Source: Ranitomeya imitator (lineage: Eukaryota). From it: a stretch of 64,000 nt of DNA. The DNA lies in assembly GCF_032444005.1 (NCBI RefSeq), contig NC_091283.1:33046001-33110000 (forward strand), written 5' to 3'. The notes under the pieces are model-generated. The model was not told the DNA's origin. It ran no database searches and was given only the letters and a program-made list of their open reading frames with translations. Below are positions 11,592 to 22,700 of this stretch, one piece after another (within the stretch, counting starts at the first letter, position 1; the number at the start of each line of letters is the position of its first letter). The translations under genes were made by a program, and so were the position numbers.

Positions 11592-13458
11592 TGCAGGAGA
11601 GGTGTATGTGTGTGTGCGCCCTATAGGTGAGGCTGTGCGTGTGTGTGTGTGCCCTTCAGGTGAGGGGTGTGTGTGTGTGCCCTTAAGGTGGGGGGGATGT
11701 GCCCTGCAGGTGAGGTGTGTGCGCGCCCTGCAGGTGAGGGGTGTGTGTGTGTGCGCCCTGCAGGTGAGGTGTGTGCGTGCCCTGCAGGTGAGGGGTGTGT
11801 GTGTGTGTGCCCTGCAGTTGAGGGGTGTGTGTGCCCTGCAGGTGAGGGGGGGTGTGTGTGTGTGTGCCCTGCAGGTGAGGTGTATGTGTGTGTGTGTGTG
11901 TGTGCCCTATAGGTGAGGGTGTGTGTGTGTGCCCTGCAGGTGAGGGGTGTGTGTGTGTGTGTGCCCTGCAGGTGAGGTGTGTGCGTGCCCTGCAGGTGAG
12001 GGGGGTGTGTGTGTGTGTGTGCCCTGCAGGTGAGGGGTGTGTGTGTGTGTGCCCTGCAGGTGAGGTGTGTGCGTGCCCTGCAGGTGAGGGGTGTGTGTGT
12101 GTGTGCCCTGCAGGTGAGGGGTGTGTGTGTGTGTGTGCCCTGCAGGTGAGGTGTGTGCGTGCCCTGCAGGTGAGGGGTGTGTGTGTGTGTGCCCTGCAGG
12201 TGAGGGGGGGGGTGTGTGTGTGTGCCCTGCAGGTGAGGTGTATGTGTGTGTGTGCCCTATAGGTGAGGGTGTGTGTGTGTGTGCGCCCTGCAGGTGAGGG
12301 TGGTGTGTGTGTGTGTGTGTGTGTGCGTGCCCTGCAGGTGAGGGGGGTGTGTGTGTGTGCCCTGCAGGTGAGGGGTGTGTGTGTGTGTGTGTGTGCCCTG
12401 CAGGTGAGGGGTGTGTGTGTGCCCTGCAGGTGAGGGGTGTGTGTGTGTGCCCTGCAGGTGAGGGGTGTGTGTGTGTGTGTGTGTGCCCTGCAGGTGAGGG
12501 GTGTGTGTGTGTGTGTGTGTGCCCTTCAGGTGAGGGGTGTGTGTGTGCCCTGCAGGTGAGGGGTGTGTGTGTGTGTGTGTGTCCTTCAGGTGAGGGGTGT
12601 GTGTGCGCCCTGCAGGTGAGGGGTGTGTGTGTGTGTGTGTGTGCCCTGCAGGTGAGGGGTGTGTGTGTGTGTGTGTGCCCTTCAGGTGAGGGGTGTGTGT
12701 GTGCCCTGCAGGTGAGGGGTGTGTGTGTGTGTGTGTGCCCTTCAGGTGAGGGGTGTGTGTGTGCCCTGCAGGTGAGGGGTGTGTGTGCGCCCTGCAGGTG
12801 AGGGGTGTGTGTGTGTGCGCCCTGCAGGTGAGGTGAGGTGTGTGCGCGTGCCCTGCAGGTGAGGTGTGTGTCCTGCAGGCGAGGGGTGTGTGTGCCCTGC
12901 AGGTGAGGGGGGTGTGTGCCCTGCAGGTGAGGGGGGTGTGTGTGGGTGCTCTGCAGGTGAGGGGTGTGTGTGCCCTGCAGGTGAGGGGGGTGTGTGCCCT
13001 GCAGGTGAGGGGGGTGTGTGTGTGCGCCCTACAGGTGAGGTGAGGTGTGTGCGCGTGCCCTGCAGGTGAGGTGTGTGTCCTGCAGGCGAGGGGTGTGTGT
13101 GCCCTGCAGGTGAGGGGGGTGTGTGCCCTGCAGGTGAGGGGGGTGTGTGTGGGTGCTCTGCAGGTGAGGGGTGTGCGCGTGCCCTGCAGGTGAGGGGTGT
13201 GTGTGTGTGTGTGTGTGTCCTGCAGGTGAGGGGTGTGTGTGTCCTGCAGGTGAGGGGTGAGGTGTGTGTCCTGCAGGTGAGGGGTGAGGTGTGTGTCCTG
13301 CAGGTGAGGGGTGAGGTGTGTGTCCTGCAGGTGAGGGGTGAGGTGTGTGTCCTGCAGGTGAGGGGTGTGTGTCCTGCAGGTGAGGGGTGTGTGTCCTGCA
13401 GGTGAGGGGTGAGGTGTGTGTCCTGCAGGTGAGGTGTGTGTGCCCTGCAGGTGGGGGG
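11592..13458. repeat. Variable-length minisatellite GCCCTGCAGGTGAGGGG(TG)n, about 65 units
   Basis: Constant core CCTGCAGGTGAGG separated by TG tracts of variable length; block duplication 12840 vs 13047. Confidence 0.95.
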
Positions 13459-13460
13459 TC

Positions 13461-13620
13461 ATGGTATCAGTATTTGGTCAGTATTTTACATCAGTATTTG
13501 TAGTCAGAACCAGGAGTGGAACAAGTAGAGAAGTATAATAGTCACCACTTCTGCATTTATCACCCACTCCTGGTTTTGCTACAAATCCTGAGGAAACATC
13601 CTGACGGTGTGCACGCTTCA
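13461..13620. mobile_element. Truncated palindromic MITE remnant (Harbinger-like)
   Basis: Inverted pair AACCAGGAGTGG / CCACTCCTGGTT with flanking CAGTATTTG-like motifs; left terminus lost against the minisatellite. Confidence 0.45.
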
Positions 13621-14088
13621 CACCGTGCACATCCCTCTATTCTGCATGAATAATTGTCATTGTCGCCACTGACGGTTGCGTGCGTCTGTGACAATCGGAT
13701 ATTCCCAACAATGCAAATCAAAATAAAGCTTTTAGAAGAAAAAGTTCTTTTCCGGCGCTGTCTGCTGTCAGTGAGTGAAGTGTCTGCACATCCGGAGGCG
13801 CTGAGCGGACGCTGCTCACAGCTGAGGGTTTGTTACCGGTCGCAGCCACGTGTTCTGGACTGTTGTCCCTCATCTGACGGTGACCGTCCGTCTGGCTGAG
13901 TCTTCGCAGTGCACGGGCTCCTGTCTGTGACTGTGCTGGACGCCGTGCACTTTATGGGAGTCTGAGTGACGACTCCACCAGTGATTTCACTATGAGCCGG
14001 GAGCGTGATCCTCCCGGTCCGGGCGACGTATGTACACGGGATATACACAGCCTCACGTGTAATGTCTCCTCCGCAGTCCTACACAGCG

Positions 14089-14187
14089 ATGCTGGAGCAC
14101 CTGGCGAATATGACCGTCTCCAAGGAGAAGATATCTGAGAAGATCCTCAATCACGCGCTGGAGATCATCTACCTGCTGACAGGAGAG
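14089..14187 (+). CDS. ZNF gene 1, coding exon 1 (MLEHLANMTVSKEKISEKILNHALEIIYLLTGE)
   Basis: Acceptor TCTCCTCCGCAG|T at 14077, GCG-ATG, donor GAG|GTGAGG at 14188; motif typical of the N-terminal module of anuran oocyte/gastrula-type ZNF proteins. Confidence 0.85.
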
Positions 14188-14289
14188 GTGAGGTATATAC
14201 TGTATACACTGAGCAGCCATATTGCCTGGTCTGATCTCCGGCCCCAGGACATTACAGCAGATCCTACAAGTCCTGGTTGTTCTACGGTG

Positions 14290-14420
14290 CGGCCCCCAGG
14301 GATCCATCATATCCCACAAATGATCAATCGGATCGGTATCGGACAAATTTGGAGACAAGTCGTCTCCTTGATCTTTCCCACTATTTGCTGGACGATGCGC
14401 GGCCATTATGGATCCCGCTG
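14290..14420 (-). mobile_element. Old Tc1 transposase relic in an intron
   Basis: Minus-strand LSPNLSDTDPIDHLWDMMD resembles the [16 protein letters not shown] motif; adjacent HNGRAS resembles DNARPH. Confidence 0.45.
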
Positions 14421-14900
14421 GGTCTGTACAGTGATAGGTGGGCGTCACATCCACAAGATGCCTCCCGTAGAATGTTGCCCCATCTCTGGTGCCGTCTCTT
14501 CCCCCAAATAAGTGATGGACGCACCCTGCCGTCTACATCATGGGGAAGAAAACGAGACTGATCAGATGCCATCTTCCATCGCTCCTTGGTCTAGTTCTCA
14601 CCTGTCGTAAACCCCGCACCTCACCCGCCTCGCTGGCATTGATCTGAGCCCGCCGCCTTCACGAGGTGATGTGTCCCGTCACAATTGCTTTCTTTTTTTT
14701 TTCTGCTTTCAACACATCAATTTGTAGACGAGACCGGTGGCGTCCGGCTCCTTATCTCCCCTGACGGACGCCGCCGGCAGCTGGTTATCTGCTCCGTGGT
14801 TTCAATGTTATGGCTGATCAGTGTGTAATGATATTTCCTGCTTTATTCTGCCACCATCACTCCTGACGTACCCGAACTCTCTGCTTCTTCTGTGTTGTAG

Positions 14901-14960
14901 AAATATGTCCTCGTGAAGAAGAGGTCGCCTCACTGCTGCATCCACCCGCAGTCTGGGACG
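14901..14960 (+). CDS. ZNF gene 1, coding exon 2 (KYVLVKKRSPHCCIHPQSGT)
   Basis: Acceptor TGTGTTGTAG|, donor ACG|GTGAGC; 60 nt, phase 0-0; YxLVKK motif parallels gene 2 exon DYILVKR. Confidence 0.8.
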
Positions 14961-15959
14961 GTGAGCACCCGCTATATTACATATAACCCAGACTGCCTGT
15001 CCGTCACGTGCCCGCTCGTCCGGACCACCCATCTGTCGTGCAACGGGTCACCTCCCGGATGCCTGTCATGTGACAGGTCACCCCATTACTCCTTTCCCCC
15101 GTTTGTTGTGTGACAAGTCGCCCATGTCCCTGTCCCCCCACCCCCTGTTTGTTTTGTGACAGGTATAAATATAACAAAGCAGGATATAATCCACAAAAAA
15201 GAGTATGTAGAATAGCAATGGACCTAAAACTTAACTTTTATTATCTCCAAAAAAAAGACAACATATAAAGTGCCCATTTAAAAACACCTAAGTGAAAAAA
15301 AATCACGAACGTGACACCACAAGACACAGAAAAGGGAGGGAATAAAAATACTGATGACAATGGAATAATATGCTCCTGTGGGAGCCTATCCCAATACGTG
15401 CGAGAATGTGATTCTAAACCCAATAGTACATGACCGGTACCGTGCCTGGATTGCACAAAGATACAGGCCACGAGAGAATCACCACACAAGGCACAATGTC
15501 AGACCGTAATTACACATGTATACGTATAAAAAATGTTCACAAGTGCTGTATAGAGCTGTACCAGCGTGTGAAAAAAATATCGCTGGGACCTAACCCCAAA
15601 CCAGGATCAAAAAAGGGGTATATAAGAAGTGTATATATATATTTATAACACAATATGCTGTTAGATATAGGCAAAGTTGTAACCCATAGAATGTCTATAA
15701 TTACAGCTATGTGTAAGAGAATACACTTATCATCTTACCATGCACTTAGTAGACATTGCAACGGAAATGACATCAAGCACACAAATGTACATCAGTATGC
15801 TAAATAGCAGCAAAGCTAAGCAAAAATATATATGCGGCTCAGAGTGGCAAATAGCATGCCCAGGTTACCATATAATAGCGGGCTAATTACCCATAAATTG
15901 CACACATTAATCAGGGAAACCTAATGCGATAGTGCAAATAGCCACATACCTTCACCTGC

Positions 15960-16807
15960 ATTTATACATATTAGTCCATATAATTATTGCTGGAACACAT
16001 TCAAAAATCTGATATCACCCAAAAGGCCCCCAAGAATGTTATTCAGGGCCCAGAATGTTTTAGTTCAAAAATATAAATTTTTATTGATCCATAAGAAACA
16101 ACTTTATAAAAAAACATATAAAATATGACAATTTGTACATGTACCTCCAATCCAAAAGAACAACAATTGACATGTGCTTAATAATAATACCTGACATGCA
16201 TATTTCTCTTTGGTTGAATACCTTATTTCAAGTCAATAAATAAGGATGACTTATTTATGAAGATACTATCGAAACGCGCGTAGGGGTTTTCCATTGCGTG
16301 TGCTTCAGCAAGGTGAATATGCTTTTACACTTTATACTTACCATCGTAACATTCTAACTGAGTATGTGCAGGACTATTAAGGTGACCACTAAGGGACCTT
16401 CCAGTGAAGTTGAGCCAAAAAAACAGTCGATTTACTTTACCTTTATATATATTAGCACTTCCATAGTGGATTTTGGCCGCCAAATTCTGGCATATAAATA
16501 AGCACATTGGCACTTTAGTGATTTTTAAGGCAGCCACCTTGCAGTAATAGTAACTTAGAGCCTGCATAGCATTGTCATATAAAAATTGACTTGAAATAAG
16601 GTATTCAACCAAAGAGAAATATGCATGTCAGGTATTATTATTAAGCACATGTCAATTGTTGTTCTTTTGGATTGGAGGTACATGTACAAATTGTCATATT
16701 TTATATGTTTTTTTATAAAGTTGTTTCTTATGGATCAATAAAAATTTATATTTTTGAACTAAAACATTCTGGGCCCTGAATAACATTCTTGGGGGCCTTT
16801 TGGGTGA
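15960..16807 (+). mobile_element. Nested Penelope-like LTR fragment preceded by an inverted copy of its own 3' part
   Basis: 14-bp direct repeat ATACCTTCACCTGC at 15946-15959 and 16808-16821; 225-bp inverted repeat 16013-16237 / 16585-16809; broken hammerhead 16254-16286; AATAAA near 16738. Confidence 0.6.
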
Positions 16808-17012
16808 TACCTTCACCTGCGTTGAAAGACAAAACACCCCCTATACATACTCAAATAGCACCAGACAGGGGTAATAAACATCTGTGTTTGCTTCCAATAA
16901 CAAGCGGTGATAAGGTTAGATCTCACCCAATTCCCGAAGAAGCTGTACCATGTCGCTGCAAGGTTACACGTGCTTTCAGAAGTAGGGGGTGGATGATGAG
17001 CCTCTATAGCGT

Positions 17013-17053
17013 CTCCCGACGCGTTTCATCCTATCTCGGCTTCATCAGGGGAG
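17013..17053 (-). ncRNA. Minimal type I hammerhead ribozyme motif
   Basis: Minus strand reads CUCCC CUGAUGA AGCC-GAGAUA-GGAU GAAA C-GC-G UC / GGGAG: full catalytic core, 5-bp stem I, imperfect stem II, 2-bp stem III in palindrome ACGCGU, GUC triplet with predicted cut between 17018 and 17017. Confidence 0.8.
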
Positions 17054-17894
17054 TGTAAACAATAGGTGAGAATAGCTGCGTTACCTGTTCCCCGCCTGTG
17101 TCTTATACAAATAGTCCGAAGACCGGAAGTGCGTCAGACGCCCACAGTCAGCTTGTGACCGCGCATGACACACCTCCCTACACTGGACCGCGCATAAGAG
17201 AAGCGCACATAGTGCGCCTGCGTGTGATGTAATAGGTAGGCGGAACGCCGAAGTCAGCTGTACGCCGCGCGCGATCCACCTTCTATGTCTGAAGTACTCA
17301 GTAGCACTTGTGGAGCGCATATGTTGCGCATGCGTGTGACGTGGCTGGCGATATATTCTTGTACTTAACGACAGATTGTGATACCCCTGTCTTCCTGATA
17401 TACAAGTAAATTATCGCCTATATATGAGCTAGCATATGTGTAAGTCCAGAGAATGGACCATCTTTTAAAGGAAATCACCAGGCTAGTCTCATGACTGTGT
17501 ATTCGCCAAAGGAAACAAAGAAGCCACCTATGGAGATAAATAAAGGGGCTTGACATATTATCCTTACTGTATTTATCAAATGCATCATATAAATATTATA
17601 CAAACAAAGGGGGCATGCACAGAAGAGAAAAATAGGATACATGTTGGTAGTCTTTCCCAACTAAATTCCCATTAAATCCACATAGTATGATTCAGGTTTT
17701 ACTTAGGGCTTTTTTTTTGAAAAAAATTGAAAACTGAATTGGAAAAGATGGAAAAAGATGCCAAAAGAACAAATATTTATATATTTTGTGACAGGTGGCC
17801 CCTCTCACACCTCCAACCGTCCTGCAACAGGTCCCCCGTCCGTTGTATGACAGCTTAACCCCCTACCCTCCATTTATCATGTGACAGGGACAGG

Positions 17895-18880
17895 TCACCC
17901 CCACCTCCGTTTGTCATGCGACAGGTCGCCCTGTTTCCCCCCCATCACTTCCGTTGTGTGACATGTCGCCCTGTTTCCCCCCTTTCCCCCCTTCACATCC
18001 GTTGTGTGACATATCGCCCTGTTGCCCCCCATCACTTGCATCATGAGACATGCTGCCGTTTCCCCCCATCACTTCCGTCATGTGACATGTCGCCCTGTTT
18101 CCCCCCATCACTTCCGTTGTGTGACATGTCGCCCTGTTTCCCAACATCACTTCCGTTGTGTGACATGTCGCCCTGTTTCCCCCCATCACTTCCGTCGTGT
18201 GACATGTCGCCCTGTTTCCCCCCATCACTTCCGTCGTGTGACAGGTCGCCCTGTTTCCCCCCCATCACTTCCGTTGTGTGACATGTCGCCCTGTTTCCCC
18301 CCATCACTTCCGTTGTGTGACATGTTGCCCTGTTTCCCCCCTTTCCCCCCTTCACATCCGTTGTGTGACATATCGCCCTGTTGCCCCCCATCACTTGCAT
18401 CATGAGACATGCTGCCGTTTCCCCCCATCACTTCCGTCGTGTGACATGTCGCCCTGTTTCCCCCCATCACTTCCGTTGTGTGACATGTCGCCCTGTTTCC
18501 CAACATCACTTCCGTTGTGTGACATGTCGCCCTGTTTCCCCCCATCACTTCCGTCGTGTGACAGGTCGCCCTGTTTCCCCCCATCACTTCCGTCGTGTGA
18601 CAGGTCGCCCTGTTTCCCCCCATCACTTCCGTCGTGTGACATGTCGCCCTGTTTCCCCCCATCACTTCCGTTGTGTGACATGTTGCCCTGTTTCCCCCCA
18701 TCACTTCCGTCGTGTGACATGTCGCCCTGTTTCCCCCCATCACTTCCGTCGTGTGACAGGTCGCCCTGTTTCCCCCCCCCCATCACTTCCATCGTGTGAC
18801 ATGTCGCCCCTCCTCCCCCCCCATCCGTCGTGTGACATGTCAACCTCCCCCCCCCCATCCGTCGTGTGACAGGTCGCCCG
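17895..18880. repeat. 39-bp minisatellite (CATCACTTCCGTTGTGTGACATGTCGCCCTGTTTCCCCC), about 25 units
   Basis: 39-bp period; ~359-bp higher-order duplication (18022 vs 18381); degenerate units also at 15040-15164 and 17790-17895. Confidence 0.95.
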
Positions 18881-19255
18881 TCCCCCCTGACTTATGGAGA
18901 ATGGCTTCATTCACATGTCACTTTGTGCTGCAGATTTCGCCCTCCCGAGGTGCTGAAGGCTGCGCCCGCACATTCAGGATGAATAAGTAATCTGGGTTTT
19001 CATAACCTCATGCACATGTATCTGAAAAATCTGCACACAAATGTCCTTCTGCCGGTTTTCATCATCCATTTCATCGGTCGTTGCCGTGTTGTGCAATGTT
19101 GTAGAATCAGCAGCACAATTGGCAGCACAATCAGCAGCACAATTGGCAGCACAATCAGCAGCACAATCAGCATGTTCCGCACAGATTTTGACACTGATTT
19201 TTGGCCAGATACACAGCAGCAAAGCTTTCACCTCAGACCATGGCTTCTGTTCCAG

Positions 19256-19430
19256 GTGCCGGTGAAGTGTGATGACGTAGCCGTCTACTTCTCTATGGAG
19301 GAGTGGGACTACGTGAAGGGACACAAGCAGCAATACCAAAGCGTCATAACCGAGACTGAACCGGGCAGTGACAAGATGGACTCCATGGACTCGGGCGTGA
19401 CAGAGGATGTCCAGGAAAGCAGCTCTCCAG
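19256..19430 (+). CDS. ZNF gene 1, coding exon 3 (KRAB-A-like VPVKCDDVAVYFSMEEWDYVKGHK...)
   Basis: Acceptor TTCTGTTCCAG|, DVAVYFSxEEW motif, donor CCAG|GTACCG; 175 nt, phase 0-1. Confidence 0.88.
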
Positions 19431-19571
19431 GTACCGCAGCACATAGCGCACAGCCCACCTGTAGCTCTGTGGATGCCGGGGGGCCGCGCTCCTCCTCTGC
19501 ACCCTGAATACAATGTTGTGGGAGGGATGATGGGGTCTTCTATATGTATTGTAAGCTGGGTGTTTATTCAG

Positions 19572-19709
19572 AATTATCAGACCTAAATGTGGAAGAAATA
19601 GAGTACGAGTCCACGAGCGGGAAGGAGGATGACGACGACGACTATGAGGATGAAGACAAGGAAAAAAGCAAACCTGAGATGAATAGTGAATCCCCGGGAA
19701 CCTCTGCAG
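19572..19709 (+). CDS. ZNF gene 1, coding exon 4 (acidic linker ELSDLNVEEIEYESTSGKEDDDDDYED...)
   Basis: Acceptor GTTTATTCAG|, donor GCAG|GTAAGT; 138 nt open in phase 1-1. Confidence 0.85.
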
Positions 19710-19734
19710 GTAAGTAACAAGCAAATAGCCCAAC

Positions 19735-22087
19735 ATTACCTATCCTGTATTATACTCCAGAGCTGCACTCACTATTCTGCTGGTGCAGTCACTGTGTACA
19801 TACATTACATTACTGATCCGGTGTTACTTCCTGTATTATACCCCAGAGCTGCACTCACTATTCAGCTGGTGCAGTCACTGTGTACATACATTACATTACT
19901 GATCCTGAGTTACATACTGTATTATACCCCAGAGCTGCACTCACTATTCTGCTGGTGCAGTCACTGTGTACATACATTACATTGCTGATCCTGAGTTACC
20001 TCCTGTATTATACCCCAGAGCTGCACTCACTATTCTGCTGGTGTGGTCACTGTGTACATACATTGCATTACTGATCCTGAGTTATATCCTGTATTATACC
20101 CCAGAGCTGCACTCACTATTCTGCTGGTGCAGTCACTGTGTACATACATTACATTACTGATCCTGAGTTACATCCTGTATTATACCCCAGAGCTGCACTC
20201 ACTATTCTGCTGGTGCAGTCACTGTGTACATACATTACATTACTGATCCTGAGTTACCTCCTGTATTATACCCCAGAGCTGCACTCACTATTTTGCTGGT
20301 GCAGTCACTGTGTACATACATTACATTACTGATCCTGAGTTACATCCTGTATTATACCCCAGAGCTGCACTCACTATTCTGCTGGTGCAGTCACTGTGTA
20401 CATACATTACATTACTGATCCTGAATTACATCCTGTATTATACTCCAGAGCTGCACTTACTATTCTGCTGGTGCAGTCACTGTGTACATACATTACATTA
20501 CTGATCCTGAATTACATCCTGTATTCTACCCCAGAGCTGCACTCACTATTCTGCTGGTGCAGTCACTGTGTACAAACATTACATTACTGATCCTGAGTTA
20601 CATCCTGTATTCTACTCCAGAGCTGCACTCACTATTCTGCTGGTGCAGTCACTGTGTACATACATTACATTACTGATCCTGAGTTACCTCCTGTATTATA
20701 CTCCAGAGCTGCACTCACTATTCTGCTGGTGCAGTCACTGTGTACATACATTACGTTACTGATCCTGAGTTATATCCTGTATTATACCCCAGAGCTGCAC
20801 TCACTATTCTGCTGGTGCAGTCACTGTGTACATACATTACATTACTGATCCTGAGTTACATCCTGTATTCTACTCCAGAGCTGCACTCACTATTCTGCTG
20901 GTGCAGTCACTGTGTACATACATTACATTACTGATCCTGAGTTACATTCTGTATTATACCCCAGAGCTGCACTCACTATTCTGCTGGTGCAGTCACTGTG
21001 TACATACATTACATTACTGATCCTGAGTTACATCCTGTATTATACTCCAGAGCTGCACTCACTATTCTGCTGGTGCAGTCACTGTGTACATACATTTCTG
21101 ATCCTGAGTTACATCCTGTATTATACTCCAGAGCTGCACTCACTATTCTGCTGGTGCAGTCACTGTGTACACACATTACATTACTGATCCTGAGTTACAT
21201 CCTGTATTATACCCCAGAGCTGCACTCACTATTCTGCTGGTGCAGTCACTGTGTACATACATTACATTACTGATCCTGAGTTACATCCTGTATTATACCC
21301 CAGAGCTGCACTCACTATTCTGCTGGTGTAGTCACTGTGTACATACATTACATTACTGATCCTGAGTTACATCCTGTATTATACTCCAGAGCTGCACTCA
21401 CTATTCTGCTGGTGCAGTCACTGTGTACATACATTCCATTACTGATCCTGAGTTACATCCTGTATTATACCCCAGAGCTGCACTCACTATTCTGCTGGTG
21501 CAGTCACTGTGTACATACATTTCTGATCCTGAGTTACATCCTGTATTAGACCCCAGAGCTGCACTCACTATTCTGCTGGTGCAGTCACTGTGTACATACA
21601 TTTCTGATCCTGAGTTACATCCTGTATTAGACCCCAGAGCTGCACTCACTATTCTGCTGGTGCAGTCACTGTGTACATACATTACATTACTGATCCTGAG
21701 TTACATCCTGTATTATACCCCAGAGCTGCACTCACTATTCTGCTGGTGTAGTCACTGTGTACATACATTACATTACTGATCCTGAGTTACATCCTGTATT
21801 ATACTCCAGAGCTGCACTCACTATTCTGCTGGTGCAGTCACTGTGTACATACATTCCATTACTGATCCTGAGTTACATCCTGTATTATACCCCAGAGCTG
21901 CACTCACTATTCTGCTGGTGCAGTCACTGTGTACATACATTTCTGATCCTGAGTTACATCCTGTATTAGACCCCAGAGCTGCACTCACTATTCTGCTGGT
22001 GCAGTCACTGTGTACATACATTTCTGATCCTGAGTTACATCCTGTATTAGACCCCAGAGCTGCACTCACTATTCTGCTGGTGCAGTG
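19735..22087. repeat. 86-bp satellite (with 81-bp variants), about 27 units, filling gene 1 intron 4
   Basis: 86-bp period; 420-bp higher-order repeat (21337 vs 21757). Confidence 0.97.
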
Positions 22088-22176
22088 TATTTGTCAGTTT
22101 CATATATCTAGGTTACACAGCAGGCGGTGGCGGTGATTTCTGCTCTGAAGGCTGCCTTTCTTTGTCTTCTCCCCAG

Positions 22177-22700
22177 CTGGGCCGTTTCGCCCTGGTGTGG
22201 ATGGCTCTTACACTCGGCCTCCTGTATTGGATGAAAGTGAGATCAAGGTGGAGATGACGGAGGAGATAAAGGAGGACGGGACGTACGAGAGTCTCGCCAA
22301 CAAGACGTCGTCCCCGGACACAGTGGGCACCCCCCATTATCGCTGGCACCCGAACATCTGGAGCATCAGCGAGAGGTTCATCTGCTCCAGCAGCAGTCGG
22401 CCCTATGACCTGTACCCGCCCATAAAACCCGCCACCGAGGAGAAGCCCCCCGATCCCGCCCGCCTGCAGTTCCTGAACCAGATCGCCTTGGAGGAGAAGC
22501 CGTTCCGCTGCATCGCTTGTGGACAGATGTTCAAACACAAATCCAGCGCGGTCAGACACTACAGCGTGGTGCACGGCGTGAAGCCGCACCAGTGCAACGA
22601 CTGCGGACGCCGCTTCTCCACCAAATTCAAAGCCGTCGTTCACAAGTGCAACCCCCGCAAACACGCCAAGGACTTCTGGGATGATCAAGGGGGGGTTTAG
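22177..22700 (+). CDS. ZNF gene 1, last coding exon (two atypical zinc fingers)
   Basis: Acceptor TTTCTTTGTCTTCTCCCCAG| puts the exon in frame (phase 1) with ORF 22197-22700; CIAC...HYSVVH and CNDC...HKC; five exons total 996 nt = 331 aa + stop. Confidence 0.85.

Larger units (their letters stand above)
15165..17783 (-). mobile_element. Non-autonomous Penelope-like retroelement in gene 1 intron 2, with a second nested copy
   Basis: AT-rich insertion splitting a GTGACAGGT repeat, flanked by 13-bp direct repeat TTTTGTGACAGGT (15152-15164, 17784-17796); hammerhead motif at 17013-17053 and AATAAA near the other end (15237-15242, -); no RT/GIY-YIG ORF found. Confidence 0.6.

Noticed and set aside
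3109-13462. ORFs in the 30-bp, 20-bp, 30-33-bp and (TG)n arrays
   Set aside because: Translations merely reflect the repeat unit; no splice context or domain similarity.
18934-18981. Acceptor-like CTTTGTGCTGCAG at 18933 as an extra gene 1 exon
   Set aside because: Phase-0 reading hits TGA after 15 codons, and the gene model is in frame without it.
19010-19255. N-terminal part of ORF 19010-19507 (SSTIGSTI repeats)
   Set aside because: Lies upstream of the acceptor at 19255; intronic CAGCACAAT micro-repeat.
19735-22087. Series of 64-aa ORFs at 86-bp spacing; possible CRISPR-like array
   Set aside because: Contiguous tandem repeat with no unique spacers, eukaryotic context, no cas genes. The same applies to all other arrays.
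22112-22176. Acceptor ATCTAG at 22111 as start of the last exon of gene 1
   Set aside because: Phase 1 from here is out of frame with the finger ORF and reaches a stop; the 22176 acceptor fits.
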